Below, one piece after another: positions 21,155-29,580 of a stretch of 64,000 nt of DNA. Under the pieces are notes generated by a model. The model ran no database searches. It saw only the letters and a list, made by a program, of their open reading frames with translations, and had not been told where the DNA came from. Source of the stretch: an uncultured Candidatus Saccharibacteria bacterium (GTDB lineage Bacteria; Patescibacteriota; Minisyncoccia; Phycocordibacterales; Phycocordibacteraceae). The stretch is taken from contig CAYMNZ010000001.1 of assembly GCA_964391975.1 (NCBI GenBank), positions 15,280-79,279 on the forward strand. The letters are read 5' to 3'. Both the position numbers and the translations under genes were made by a program. Every line of letters begins with the position of its first letter. Positions within the stretch are counted from its first letter, which is position 1.

Positions 21155-21763
21155 ATGCCTACCCCACACCCAAAGAAAGAGCGTACGTTCGTGATGATTA
21201 AGCCTGACGGTGTTCAGCGCGGACTCGTTGGCGAGATTGTTCGTCGCTTCGAGAACACGGGCCTCAAGCTCGTCTACCTCAAGCTCTCTATGCTCGATGA
21301 AACAAAGCTCTGGGAGCACTACGGCAAAGATGACGTATGGTTTGAGAAGAAGGGTGCTGGCATCATGGCCGACCGCCAAGCAGCAGGACTTCCGGTAGAG
21401 AAGGAAGCACTTGAGTACGGTAAGGACATCATTCGTGCACTCGTGACGTTCATGACCGCGGGTCCGGTTGTCATGATGGTGATTGAAGGCAACCAATCAG
21501 TTGCAGTGGTGAAGAAGCTTGTGGGGGGCACGGAGCCGGCAACGTCTGATGTGGGTACCATTCGTGGTGACCTCACGGTGGACTCCTACTCCATTGCAGC
21601 AATTGATGACCGCGCAGTACGCAACCTCATTCACTGCTCTGATCAGCCTTCGGAGGCTGAGCGCGAGATTGCGCTTTGGCTCCCTGGAGCAGAAGTACTC
21701 AATTACCGCCTCGTTGGCGAACAGATTCTCTACGACGTTAACCTCGACGGTATTCTCGAATAG
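21155..21763 (+). CDS. ndk: nucleoside-diphosphate kinase (longer than typical)
   Basis: 202 aa; ERTFVMIKPDGVQRGLVGEIV and NLIHCSD (catalytic His). Confidence 0.85.
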   Translation: MPTPHPKKERTFVMIKPDGVQRGLVGEIVRRFENTGLKLVYLKLSMLDETKLWEHYGKDDVWFEKKGAGIMADRQAAGLPVEKEALEYGKDIIRALVTFMTAGPVVMMVIEGNQSVAVVKKLVGGTEPATSDVGTIRGDLTVDSYSIAAIDDRAVRNLIHCSDQPSEAEREIALWLPGAEVLNYRLVGEQILYDVNLDGILE

Positions 21764-21796
21764 CTAAAAAACCGCCGTTAGTGATATTCTCACTCT

Positions 21797-22102
21797 ATGG
21801 CTACAGCAAGGATTTCTGGCGGCACCGTACACACCCTGCCGTCTGATGTGCGAAAGGTCTTGGCTGCTGATGCTAAGGCACGTGCGGCATGGGAGAGCCT
21901 GACGCCGCTTGCACGCAATGAATGGATCTGTTGGACCATTTCCGTTAAAAAAGCAGAGACACGGAAGGACCATGTACGACGAGTACGGAGTCAACTGAAA
22001 GAAGGGAAGCGTCGCCCGTGCTGCTGGATTGGGTGTATTCACCGTCCGGATAAGCCGCTGAGTCCATCGGTGAAAGGGGTGCTCAGTAAACGAAGGAAAT
22101 AA
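21797..22102 (+). CDS. YdeI/OmpD-associated family (DUF1905-like) small protein
   Basis: 101 aa; ...VRKVLAADAKARAAWESLTPLARNEWICWTISVKKAETR resembles the YdeI family. Confidence 0.5.
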   Translation: MATARISGGTVHTLPSDVRKVLAADAKARAAWESLTPLARNEWICWTISVKKAETRKDHVRRVRSQLKEGKRRPCCWIGCIHRPDKPLSPSVKGVLSKRRK

Positions 22103-22296
22103 AGGCGATTGCGGTATCCACATGACTTTCATGGAGGAGGAGTATACTTATACATGGAGCCATTCCTTGAAACGCAACTTACTTTCCCTACGGGAGTCTT
22201 ATATCTACGCACGATAGTGAACTTTGTTCCGATTCGAGCGATGCGGACACCCACTTGGCACTATCGAGTTGCCAAACGGGAATGGCTCTTCGAAAG

Positions 22297-22322
22297 AATC
22301 CCGCTCGGCGGGATTTTCTCGT
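22297..22322 (+). terminator. hairpin plus T-tract at the end of a ~230-nt structured intergenic RNA candidate
   Basis: aatcccgc-tcgg-gcgggattttctcg. Confidence 0.45.
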
Positions 22323-22337
22323 GCTAAAGTGGTTTCT

Positions 22338-22697
22338 ATGCGGATTCGCTGGCTCCTTCTCGCGCTCGCCTTGAGCGCGCTTCTGCTCTCTCTCCATCTC
22401 TGGGGTACGGCAGAGTTTTTGTACTGGAAGTTCGTATGGTTCGACAGTCCGATGCATCTCTTGGGAGGAATCACACTTGGCGTGTTCGTTGCTGCGTTCT
22501 TGAACGCTCCCCAGCCTGCTAAATTTTATGCGCTCATCATCGTGCTCATTGTCGGGTGGGAGGTATTTGAGTTCTTCCTCGGTTCCCCACGCAAGGAGAA
22601 TTATGGGTTTGATACCGCACTCGATCTCTTTCTCGGTCTGCTTGGTGCGTCACTTGCGTATTACTCCGCCCGACGGTCACTATGGCGCTCCGAGTAA
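22338..22697 (+). CDS. small multi-pass membrane protein (unassigned family)
   Basis: Trimmed from 22224 to MRIRWLLLALALSALLL...; three or four hydrophobic helices. Confidence 0.5.
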   Translation: MRIRWLLLALALSALLLSLHLWGTAEFLYWKFVWFDSPMHLLGGITLGVFVAAFLNAPQPAKFYALIIVLIVGWEVFEFFLGSPRKENYGFDTALDLFLGLLGASLAYYSARRSLWRSE

Positions 22698-24091
22698 CTT
22701 TCTACGGTGGAGCGGGCACCGTCACAGGCTCTAATTTTCTTGTTGAGAGTGGAGCGAGCAAAGTGCTTGTCGACTGTGGAATTGAACAAGGAAAAGATTA
22801 TTGTGAATCCTGTTCATATGACCCATTTCCGTACGAGCCTTCAAGTATTAATGCGCTCGTGATAACGCACGCGCATCTCGACCACATCGGACGCGCACCA
22901 CGTTTGGTAAAAGAAGGATTCGCAGGCCCCGTGTACATGACGGCTCCCACGCGCGATATCGCAGAGGCAATGCTTCACGACAGTGCTGACATCCTCGCGC
23001 AGAATGCAGAAGCGCGCGACCTTGCACCGCTCTACCTGCAGGAACATGTGACGAAGTTTCTTTCACTCATTAAGGTGATTGAGTACCGCACAGAAACGAA
23101 GCTCACCGATGACCTCTCTGTGTATTTGCGAGACACTGGCCACATTCTTGGTGGGGCGAGTGTGCGGTTCGTTGATAAGGAAGGTGTGTCATTTGCCTTC
23201 ACAAGCGACATCGGGAACTCCCCAACGCCTCTGCTGCCGGACGCAGAGCCCATTACGGACGCAGATGCTATCGCCATTGAAAGCGTCTACGGCGACCGCT
23301 TGAATCCTGAGAAGGTGCATCGGGTAGAGAAGTTTAGGGATACGCTTAAGAGCGCACTTGCTCGAGGTGGCCCCATCCTTATTCCTTCGTTCTCCATTGA
23401 GCGCACTCAGCTGATGCTCTATGAGCTCTCGAACCTCATGGAAGCAGGGGAGCTGCCGCAGGTGCCCGTCTTCCTTGATTCGCCTTTGGCTATTGAGATT
23501 ACCAACATCTACCGCAAGCACGGCGCGAAGTTCTTTAAGGACACCGCCCAGGAAGAGCTTAAGCGTGAGCACGACCTCTTTAACTTCCCGTTCCTGCGGA
23601 TGACGAAGTCCCGGGAGGAGTCTATGAGTATTGCGGAGGTGAAGGACCCAAAGATTATCATTGCGGGCGCGGGCATGAGTCACGGTGGCCGCATTGGGAA
23701 GTGGGAGCACCGCTACCTCCCAGACCCCAAGACCACTCTCATCATGGTGGGGTATCAGGCACCAGGCAGTCCTGGGCGCATGCTCCAGGACGGCGCTAAG
23801 AAGGTGCGCATTGATCATCGTGATGTCACCGTGCGTGGACACATTGAGACGCTACATGGCTGGTCCGGACACGCGGATAGAGATGGGCTCCTCAAGTTTG
23901 CAGAAGGCTGCCTGCCTCGGACAAAGAACTTTTTCGTAACGCTCGGAGAGCCGTCGTCTGCGCGCTTTCTTGCCCAACGCATTCACGACTTCCTCGGGAC
24001 ACGTGCGATTGTGCCAGGGAAGGGGGACGTGTGGGAGGTGACCAAGGAAGGTGTGAAAAGGATAGAGAGTCAGAAGGGATTTGAATCCTAG
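22682..24091 (+). CDS. beta-CASP family MBL-fold ribonuclease (RNase J / CPSF-like)
   Basis: 469 aa; HAHLDHIG metallo-beta-lactamase motif 2 near the N-terminus and a beta-CASP-length C-terminal half. Confidence 0.75.
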   Translation: MALRVTFYGGAGTVTGSNFLVESGASKVLVDCGIEQGKDYCESCSYDPFPYEPSSINALVITHAHLDHIGRAPRLVKEGFAGPVYMTAPTRDIAEAMLHDSADILAQNAEARDLAPLYLQEHVTKFLSLIKVIEYRTETKLTDDLSVYLRDTGHILGGASVRFVDKEGVSFAFTSDIGNSPTPLLPDAEPITDADAIAIESVYGDRLNPEKVHRVEKFRDTLKSALARGGPILIPSFSIERTQLMLYELSNLMEAGELPQVPVFLDSPLAIEITNIYRKHGAKFFKDTAQEELKREHDLFNFPFLRMTKSREESMSIAEVKDPKIIIAGAGMSHGGRIGKWEHRYLPDPKTTLIMVGYQAPGSPGRMLQDGAKKVRIDHRDVTVRGHIETLHGWSGHADRDGLLKFAEGCLPRTKNFFVTLGEPSSARFLAQRIHDFLGTRAIVPGKGDVWEVTKEGVKRIESQKGFES

Positions 24092-24120
24092 TCAGCAGCG
24101 TTTGTAGTACAGTACGAGGA

Positions 24121-24600
24121 ATGGAAGAACGTTTTGAATCATCCCCTAAACCTACGACCGCTACCATTGCAGGGAAAGACCTGCTTCGTCGCATTGTAAT
24201 CAACGGGAGGCCTGACCCAAGGTTTTTACCCTTAAAAGAAGGAGGCGTATTCCACTATAGTCCACTCGTACCGTTTCTTGAGGAAGTTGATCAGAAAAAT
24301 ATCTACTACTCAATTGTTGAAGAAAGTGGGACCATTGTCGCACTTATTGAATTGGTTCAAAATCCTCACATAGATGCAGAATTATTTGCCGAAACCGCCA
24401 GTGTTGATATAAATCTTCAAGGGCAAAAACTATCTGAACCACTTCTGCGTGAGATGTTTTCCTTTGCAAAGAGTAAAGGAAAAAAACTCAAGATTTCTGA
24501 ATTTACTCTCATGGGTCAGGAGCGATTAGCGCACAAAATTGAGACATTGGCTAAGGAGTATGATGTTCAAGTCTCCCTCAATCAATCCACCCTACGATAA
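24121..24600 (+). CDS. hypothetical protein, possibly GNAT-fold; visibly AT-richer than its surroundings
   Basis: 159 aa; NLQGQKLSEPLLREMFSFAKSKG loosely fits GNAT motif A; many AAA/GAA/TTT codons unlike flanking genes. Confidence 0.4.
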   Translation: MEERFESSPKPTTATIAGKDLLRRIVINGRPDPRFLPLKEGGVFHYSPLVPFLEEVDQKNIYYSIVEESGTIVALIELVQNPHIDAELFAETASVDINLQGQKLSEPLLREMFSFAKSKGKKLKISEFTLMGQERLAHKIETLAKEYDVQVSLNQSTLR

Positions 24601-24646
24601 ATAGGTAGTCCGACCATCGTCCGTCCGCTCAAGGTATAGTTGCAGC

Positions 24647-25894
24647 ATGATTTCGAAACCCCACCATTTTGATGTCATCGTCATAGGAGGAGGGGCTGCA
24701 GGCCTTATGGCAGCTGGCCGTGCGGCAGAGCGCGGTAAGCGCGTCTTGTTGTTTGAGAAGAATCAGAAGGCAGGGGAGAAGCTCCGTATTACGGGAGGAG
24801 GGCGCTGCAATATCACGAATGCAGAGGAGGACACGAAGGCGCTCCTTTCTCACTACGGTTCCGCAGAACCGTTTCTCCATTCCGCATTCTCTGAGTTCGG
24901 TGTGCAAGAAACGTTCAAGTTCTTCGAGCCCCGCAAGCTGCCGCTTAAGGTTGAGGCACGCAAGCGTGCGTTCCCTCAGAGCGAGAAGGCGCCTGATGTC
25001 GTGCGAACACTTGTCTCCTACGTACGGGAGGGGAAGGTAGATGTGCGACTTGGTACGCCAGTGCGGCAGGTCGTTGTTGCGGATGGGAAAGTGGAGAAGA
25101 TAATCGCAAGCGGTGGAGAATTCTTCGCTGACTCCTATATCTTTGCGACTGGCGGCGTGTCACATCCGGAGACTGGTTCCACGGGAGATGGGTTTGGCTG
25201 GCTGCGGGCGCTCGGGCACACGGTGGAAGAGCCAACACCGACCATCGTGCCGCTCAAGGCCAAGGACCCGTGGATACGCTCTTTGGCTGGCAAATCACTG
25301 CCTGACGCGAAGATAACGTTCTACTTGGGGACCGAGAAGAAATTCAGTAGTACCGGGACCATTCTTCTAACGCACTTCGGTCTGTCAGGTCCAACGATTC
25401 TCAACAATGCCGGGAAGGTTGCAGACCTGCTGCATGAAGGGCCGGTTACTGCCACCATAGATCTGTATCCTACGTTCAATATCGGAGAGCTGGATACAAA
25501 GTTTCGTGAGCATCTCGACGCACATAAGAACAAGCTTCTGAAGAACGTCGCGCACGGGTTCTTGCCACCAGGAACCGTGGATGTGCTTCTGGCACTGGCG
25601 CCTAGCGTTGACCCAGAGAAGAAAGCACACAGTGTCACGAAGGAAGAGCGCCGCGCACTTGTAGATATGGCGAAGGCGCTTCCGGTCTCTATATCCGGGC
25701 TGATGGGCTTTGACCGTGCAGTAGTTGCTGACGGCGGGGTACGGCTTACCGAAATTGATATGCGCACCATGCGCTCGCTCCGCGCTCCGAATCTATTTGT
25801 GATAGGGGACCTGCTCCATATTCAGCGACCGTCTGGCGGGTACTCGCTCCAGCTCTGCTGGACCACTGGGTATGTGGCGGGGAGCAACGCGTAG
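24647..25894 (+). CDS. HI0933-like (BaiN family) NAD(P)/FAD-dependent oxidoreductase
   Basis: 415 aa; FDVIVIGGGAAGLMAAGRAAERGKRVLLFEKNQKAGEKLRITGGGRCNITN N-terminus is characteristic of the HI0933 family. Confidence 0.8.
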   Translation: MISKPHHFDVIVIGGGAAGLMAAGRAAERGKRVLLFEKNQKAGEKLRITGGGRCNITNAEEDTKALLSHYGSAEPFLHSAFSEFGVQETFKFFEPRKLPLKVEARKRAFPQSEKAPDVVRTLVSYVREGKVDVRLGTPVRQVVVADGKVEKIIASGGEFFADSYIFATGGVSHPETGSTGDGFGWLRALGHTVEEPTPTIVPLKAKDPWIRSLAGKSLPDAKITFYLGTEKKFSSTGTILLTHFGLSGPTILNNAGKVADLLHEGPVTATIDLYPTFNIGELDTKFREHLDAHKNKLLKNVAHGFLPPGTVDVLLALAPSVDPEKKAHSVTKEERRALVDMAKALPVSISGLMGFDRAVVADGGVRLTEIDMRTMRSLRAPNLFVIGDLLHIQRPSGGYSLQLCWTTGYVAGSNA

Positions 25895-25898
25895 GAAA

Positions 25899-25922
25899 GG
25901 TTCGAATCCTGGGCGGCCAGCA
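25899..25922 (+). repeat. R1 repeat copy A (GGTTCGAATCCTGGGCGGCCAGCA)
   Basis: Begins 4 nt after the HI0933-like stop; identical 24-mer at 28983-29006; contains the tRNA T-loop-like GGTTCGAATCC and a small hairpin CTGG-gcgg-CCAG. Confidence 0.85.
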
Positions 25923-25940
25923 CGTGATAGGCTTATCCAT

Positions 25941-26498
25941 ATGAGCGCGGAGGTACCCAAGACTTCCACAGACCTATCTAGTCAATCTGTAGAGCAGTTA
26001 AAAAAACTCTGTGACTCGCTTGATAAGAAAAGGCATAGAAAGGCCGATACATATCAGGCAGCCAATGCTGTATGGGAAATACTTCAGAAGAAACTATACG
26101 ATCTAGAAGATGAAGCGTTGGATTCGGGAAAACCACTCAGACTTTCTACTCGGATAGTTCTTGAGCATCAGATAAACGCCGCGAAGATAAAAGCAGAGGC
26201 ACTTCTGAAGGAGTCTGAGGACGCTTATATGGAATGGTCTCGTGCGCGCGGTACGTACGTCTATAAATATGACATGGAAGAGATTCTCCTGAAGGAACCT
26301 ATTGAATCTTTACTTTCGCGCTTCCACAAAGGAAACCTCATATATCTTGAAGAGCCGTATCTTGGGAAGATTAAAGATAGGTTAGAAGAGTTCGCGAAAG
26401 AAGGCACAAGTGAGGTCCACGAGAGTGCACGGTTACAAGCTGAGCATCTCACATGGAAGATTGATAGGTTACGGAAGAGGAAAGTTGAAGATTCATAG
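25941..26498 (+). CDS. hypothetical protein (AT-richer; between R1 and R2)
   Basis: 185 aa from a CATATG start 18 nt after R1-A; coiled/charged sequence; no family. Confidence 0.45.
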   Translation: MSAEVPKTSTDLSSQSVEQLKKLCDSLDKKRHRKADTYQAANAVWEILQKKLYDLEDEALDSGKPLRLSTRIVLEHQINAAKIKAEALLKESEDAYMEWSRARGTYVYKYDMEEILLKEPIESLLSRFHKGNLIYLEEPYLGKIKDRLEEFAKEGTSEVHESARLQAEHLTWKIDRLRKRKVEDS

Positions 26499-26502
26499 AC
26501 AA

Positions 26503-26524
26503 GTTCCAACATCGTCCCAGACAG
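26503..26524 (+). repeat. R2 repeat copy A (GTTCCAACATCGTCCCAGACAG)
   Basis: Starts 4 nt after the stop of the preceding ORF; copies at 27126-27147 and, with one mismatch, 29514-29535. Confidence 0.85.
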
Positions 26525-26547
26525 CCCGCAAGAGGTATACTTGAAGA

Positions 26548-27123
26548 ATGTTCCCGACTCACTTAGATAAGTCACAGAAAACTATCCTTGCACTTGTCCT
26601 CATACTCCTTCTCGGAGGAGGCTTGTACTTGTTGTTGCAACATCCATCACAACCAAGCGATGACCCGAACAGTTCTCTTGAGATAGTGTCCAGTTTTGAA
26701 GAATGTGTGGCCGCGGGCTACCCGGTGATGGAGTCCTATCCGCGTCAGTGTAGAAGCGCTGAAGGAACCCGCTTCGTAGAAAAGGTCGATGGGCCTATTG
26801 CGGAATCCTTTGGCTCGATTCAAGGCATTATCCTTCTCGGCCCAGTCTGCCCAGTCATGCAGGATCCGCCGGACCCAGAATGCAACGACAAGCCCTATCA
26901 AACCACCCTCGTACTTACAAGCGCTGACGGTTCGCGTGTCATACAGCAGTTCACGTCTAAGATCGATGGCACGTTTGCTCTTGATGTGCCTGCTGGCAAT
27001 TATGCGATTCGATCAACCGCGACGGCGAACACATTCCCACGCTGCTCATCGACCGACGTCATTCATGTTCCAGTGAACGATACGGTCGTAGCTAACGTTT
27101 CTTGCGACACGGGAATTCGATAG
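26548..27123 (+). CDS. secreted/membrane-anchored hypothetical protein
   Basis: 191 aa; N-terminal hydrophobic helix ILALVLILLLGGGLYLLL; Cys-containing extracellular domain. Confidence 0.5.
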   Translation: MFPTHLDKSQKTILALVLILLLGGGLYLLLQHPSQPSDDPNSSLEIVSSFEECVAAGYPVMESYPRQCRSAEGTRFVEKVDGPIAESFGSIQGIILLGPVCPVMQDPPDPECNDKPYQTTLVLTSADGSRVIQQFTSKIDGTFALDVPAGNYAIRSTATANTFPRCSSTDVIHVPVNDTVVANVSCDTGIR

Positions 27124-27125
27124 TG

Positions 27126-27147
27126 GTTCCAACATCGTCCCAGACAG
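27126..27147 (+). repeat. R2 repeat copy B
   Basis: Identical 22-mer GTTCCAACATCGTCCCAGACAG, 2 nt after the TAG stop at 27121-27123. Confidence 0.85.
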
Positions 27148-27213
27148 TCAGATACGGCCTCACTAAGCCACGTTCATCTCAACCTAAAAGTACACATGGT
27201 ACGATGGCTGCAT

Positions 27214-28107
27214 ATGAAATACATACTTTCTGCAATCATTCTTATCCTTCTTCTTGGTGCTGGATGGTATTTCTTCCTTCGGGAGGCACCGACGCCCACC
27301 CCACAGAGTCCTGAGGTCTCCACAGGCACAGAGAATTCGGGACAGGTAACGTCGCCGCAGGAGGACGACGGCACGACCGTTATCGGACGCTCAGCAGACG
27401 GAGCTGATATTACTGCTTACCACTACGGTACAGGAGCGGACGAAGTCGTGTTTGTGGGCGGTATTCACGGCGGATACTCATGGAACACTGCGTTGGTTGC
27501 CTACGAGCTCATGGACCATCTCGAGGCAAATCTAGCAACCATTCCTTCAAATGTGCGCGTGACCGTCATCCCAGCGCTCAACCCTGATGGCCTTGAGGAT
27601 GTTGTTGGGACAACGGGCCGTTTCGAAGCTAGTGACGTATCTACGAGCGCTGACACTACCGCAGCGCGCTTCAACGGAAACGAGGTGGACCTGAACCGTA
27701 ACTTCGACTGTGATTGGCAGGAAAAGGCAGTGTGGCAGAGCAAGCAGGTAAGTGGCGGTACCGCTGCATTCTCTGAGCCTGAAGCCCAGGCGATTCGTGA
27801 TTATGTAGGAACAAAGGGTCCCAAGGCGGTCATTGTCTGGTACGCATCTGCGGGCGGCGTGTATGCCTCCAATTGTCACAATGGCGTGCTCGCCGAGACG
27901 CGCGAGATACTCAACCGCTACGCGCAGGCGTCAGGGTACTCTGCCCACGAGACGTTCGACTACTACGCCGTTACTGGTGACATGACTAACTGGCTCGCCA
28001 AGGTTGGTATCCCATCCATCAGCGTCTTGCTCTCCGACCATACCAGCACCGAGTGGTCTAAGAACCGCGCCGGCATCGACGCCATCCTCAGCTACTACGC
28101 CGATTAA
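27214..28107 (+). CDS. M14-family zinc carboxypeptidase-like protein, membrane-anchored (paralog 1)
   Basis: ~297 aa; NPDG and DLNRNF motifs typical of M14 peptidases; N-terminal TM helix; start may be 27196. Confidence 0.65.
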   Translation: MKYILSAIILILLLGAGWYFFLREAPTPTPQSPEVSTGTENSGQVTSPQEDDGTTVIGRSADGADITAYHYGTGADEVVFVGGIHGGYSWNTALVAYELMDHLEANLATIPSNVRVTVIPALNPDGLEDVVGTTGRFEASDVSTSADTTAARFNGNEVDLNRNFDCDWQEKAVWQSKQVSGGTAAFSEPEAQAIRDYVGTKGPKAVIVWYASAGGVYASNCHNGVLAETREILNRYAQASGYSAHETFDYYAVTGDMTNWLAKVGIPSISVLLSDHTSTEWSKNRAGIDAILSYYAD

Positions 28108-28982
28108 TGTTTCCGGCCTCGACCAAGGTACGGGTCATAGCAGGTGCGCTCGTGCTCGTGGCTCTCGCCGCGGGCGTCCTGCTATTCTTCCTGACGCGCT
28201 CAGGGGCGCCGATTGAGGAGGCACCAGCTGTTGAACAGTCTGCCGTTGAACGTTCGGTTATTGGGAGTTCTGTTGAGGGCCGGTCTCTAGAAGCGTATAC
28301 GTACGGAACGGGCGACACTACGCTCGCGTTCGTGGGCGGCATCCATGGTGGCTACGAATGGAACAGTGTGCTCCTTGCCTATGAGCTCATGGACCATCTC
28401 GAAGGGAATCCCGAGCTCATACCGACGAACCTACAGATAGTGGTCATCCCTTCTGCAAACCCAGACGGCCTCTACAAGATAGTGAAGAAAGAGGGGCGCT
28501 TTACGCGTTCGGACGTTGTTTCTGGTGACCAATCCGCAGGCCGGTTCAATGCAAACGGCGTGGATTTGAATCGTAACTTTGCGTGCAAGTGGCAGCCACA
28601 AGCGACGTGGAGAGGGGAAACTGTAAGCGCGGGTACTGCGGCGTTCTCAGAACCGGAGGCCAAAGCGCTGCGCGACTTCTTCGAGGAAGAGCGGCCTGTC
28701 GCGGCGGTTTTCTTTCACAGTCAGGCGAATGCCGTATATGCGTCAGAGTGTGAGGCTGGTGTGCTTTCGGAGACCCTTGCAGTCATGAACGCGTATGCGA
28801 GCGCAGCTGGATATCCTGCCGTGAGCACGTTTGATGCGTATCCGGTTACGGGCGACATCGAAGGGTGGCTCGCGTCCATTGGTATCCCTGCGGTCACGGT
28901 AGAGCTTTCCTCTCACGAGGCGGTGGAGTGGGAGCGAAACTGGCGTGGTGTGTCCGCGCTTCTGGGGCGGTACGGAGAGTAG
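28107..28982 (+). CDS. M14-family zinc carboxypeptidase-like protein (paralog 2, tandem duplicate)
   Basis: 291 aa; the same motifs in the same order (AFVGGIHGGYEWNSVLLAYELMDHLEGN; NPDG; DLNRNF); start overlaps the stop of paralog 1 (TAATG). Confidence 0.65.
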   Translation: MFPASTKVRVIAGALVLVALAAGVLLFFLTRSGAPIEEAPAVEQSAVERSVIGSSVEGRSLEAYTYGTGDTTLAFVGGIHGGYEWNSVLLAYELMDHLEGNPELIPTNLQIVVIPSANPDGLYKIVKKEGRFTRSDVVSGDQSAGRFNANGVDLNRNFACKWQPQATWRGETVSAGTAAFSEPEAKALRDFFEEERPVAAVFFHSQANAVYASECEAGVLSETLAVMNAYASAAGYPAVSTFDAYPVTGDIEGWLASIGIPAVTVELSSHEAVEWERNWRGVSALLGRYGE

Positions 28983-29006
28983 GGTTCGAATCCTGGGCGG
29001 CCAGCA
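28983..29006 (+). repeat. R1 repeat copy B
   Basis: Identical 24-mer, starting the base after the TAG stop of M14 paralog 2. Confidence 0.85.
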
Positions 29007-29026
29007 GATTGGTATACTTTACACAT

Positions 29027-29509
29027 ATGGAGAGAGCAGAGAGCGGTAAGCGTACAGCGGCTCAAAAGACGGCTGATTTAGTGCAGATGCGCATTATCAG
29101 AGAGAAACTTACTTCGGGGAAGCCCCTATTTCCTGATGAAGAGGCATTGATCGGACGAGAAGGCGGAACACCCGAGCAAAAGCGAAAAGGATTCCAGGCA
29201 GAAGCACGAAAGATAATTAAGGAAATCTCGCAACGTGAGTCTTTCTGGAAGAAACTAAGTAATTCAACGGATAGGGGTGAGGGACGTATAGGGCGGTTAG
29301 CAGAAATCTTAGAGCTTGCAGCACTGATACGCGAGTATTATCAGACAGACTCCGCCACCAGAGAACAAGTGGGGCATTCCGTTGTGCGCATGCTGTACAA
29401 GCACGCTGGATTAACCAGCTTGACTGAGATTGATTTAGGTCGAGCCGCGGATCTTGTTGATGGAGAGATGACTATCGAAGAAATAGCCTCACGATTGCTG
29501 AAAAATTAA
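29027..29509 (+). CDS. hypothetical protein (AT-richer; between R1 and R2)
   Basis: 160 aa from a CATATG start 20 nt after R1-B; no family. Confidence 0.45.
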   Translation: MERAESGKRTAAQKTADLVQMRIIREKLTSGKPLFPDEEALIGREGGTPEQKRKGFQAEARKIIKEISQRESFWKKLSNSTDRGEGRIGRLAEILELAALIREYYQTDSATREQVGHSVVRMLYKHAGLTSLTEIDLGRAADLVDGEMTIEEIASRLLKN

Positions 29510-29513
29510 AGCG

Positions 29514-29535
29514 GTTCCAACATCGTCCCTGACAG
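29514..29535 (+). repeat. R2 repeat copy C (one mismatch: ...GTCCCTGACAG)
   Basis: 4 nt after the TAA stop of the preceding ORF. Confidence 0.8.
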
Positions 29536-29580
29536 CCCCGCCGTACAAAGTAAGAACTTACAACCAGTCGCCCTGCATTG

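Noticed and set aside
25895-25925. R1 repeat (GGTTCGAATCCTGGGCGGCCAGCA) as a tRNA gene or tRNA 3' fragment
   Set aside because: Only a T-loop-like motif is present; upstream sequence cannot form a T-stem, D-arm or acceptor stem in either copy, so it is not a tRNA gene. Kept as a repeat.
25938-29030. Three ORFs starting with CATATG (NdeI site) as signs of an engineered construct
   Set aside because: TATG is the prevalent natural initiation context across this window's r-protein genes, so the CATATG starts are most likely coincidental.
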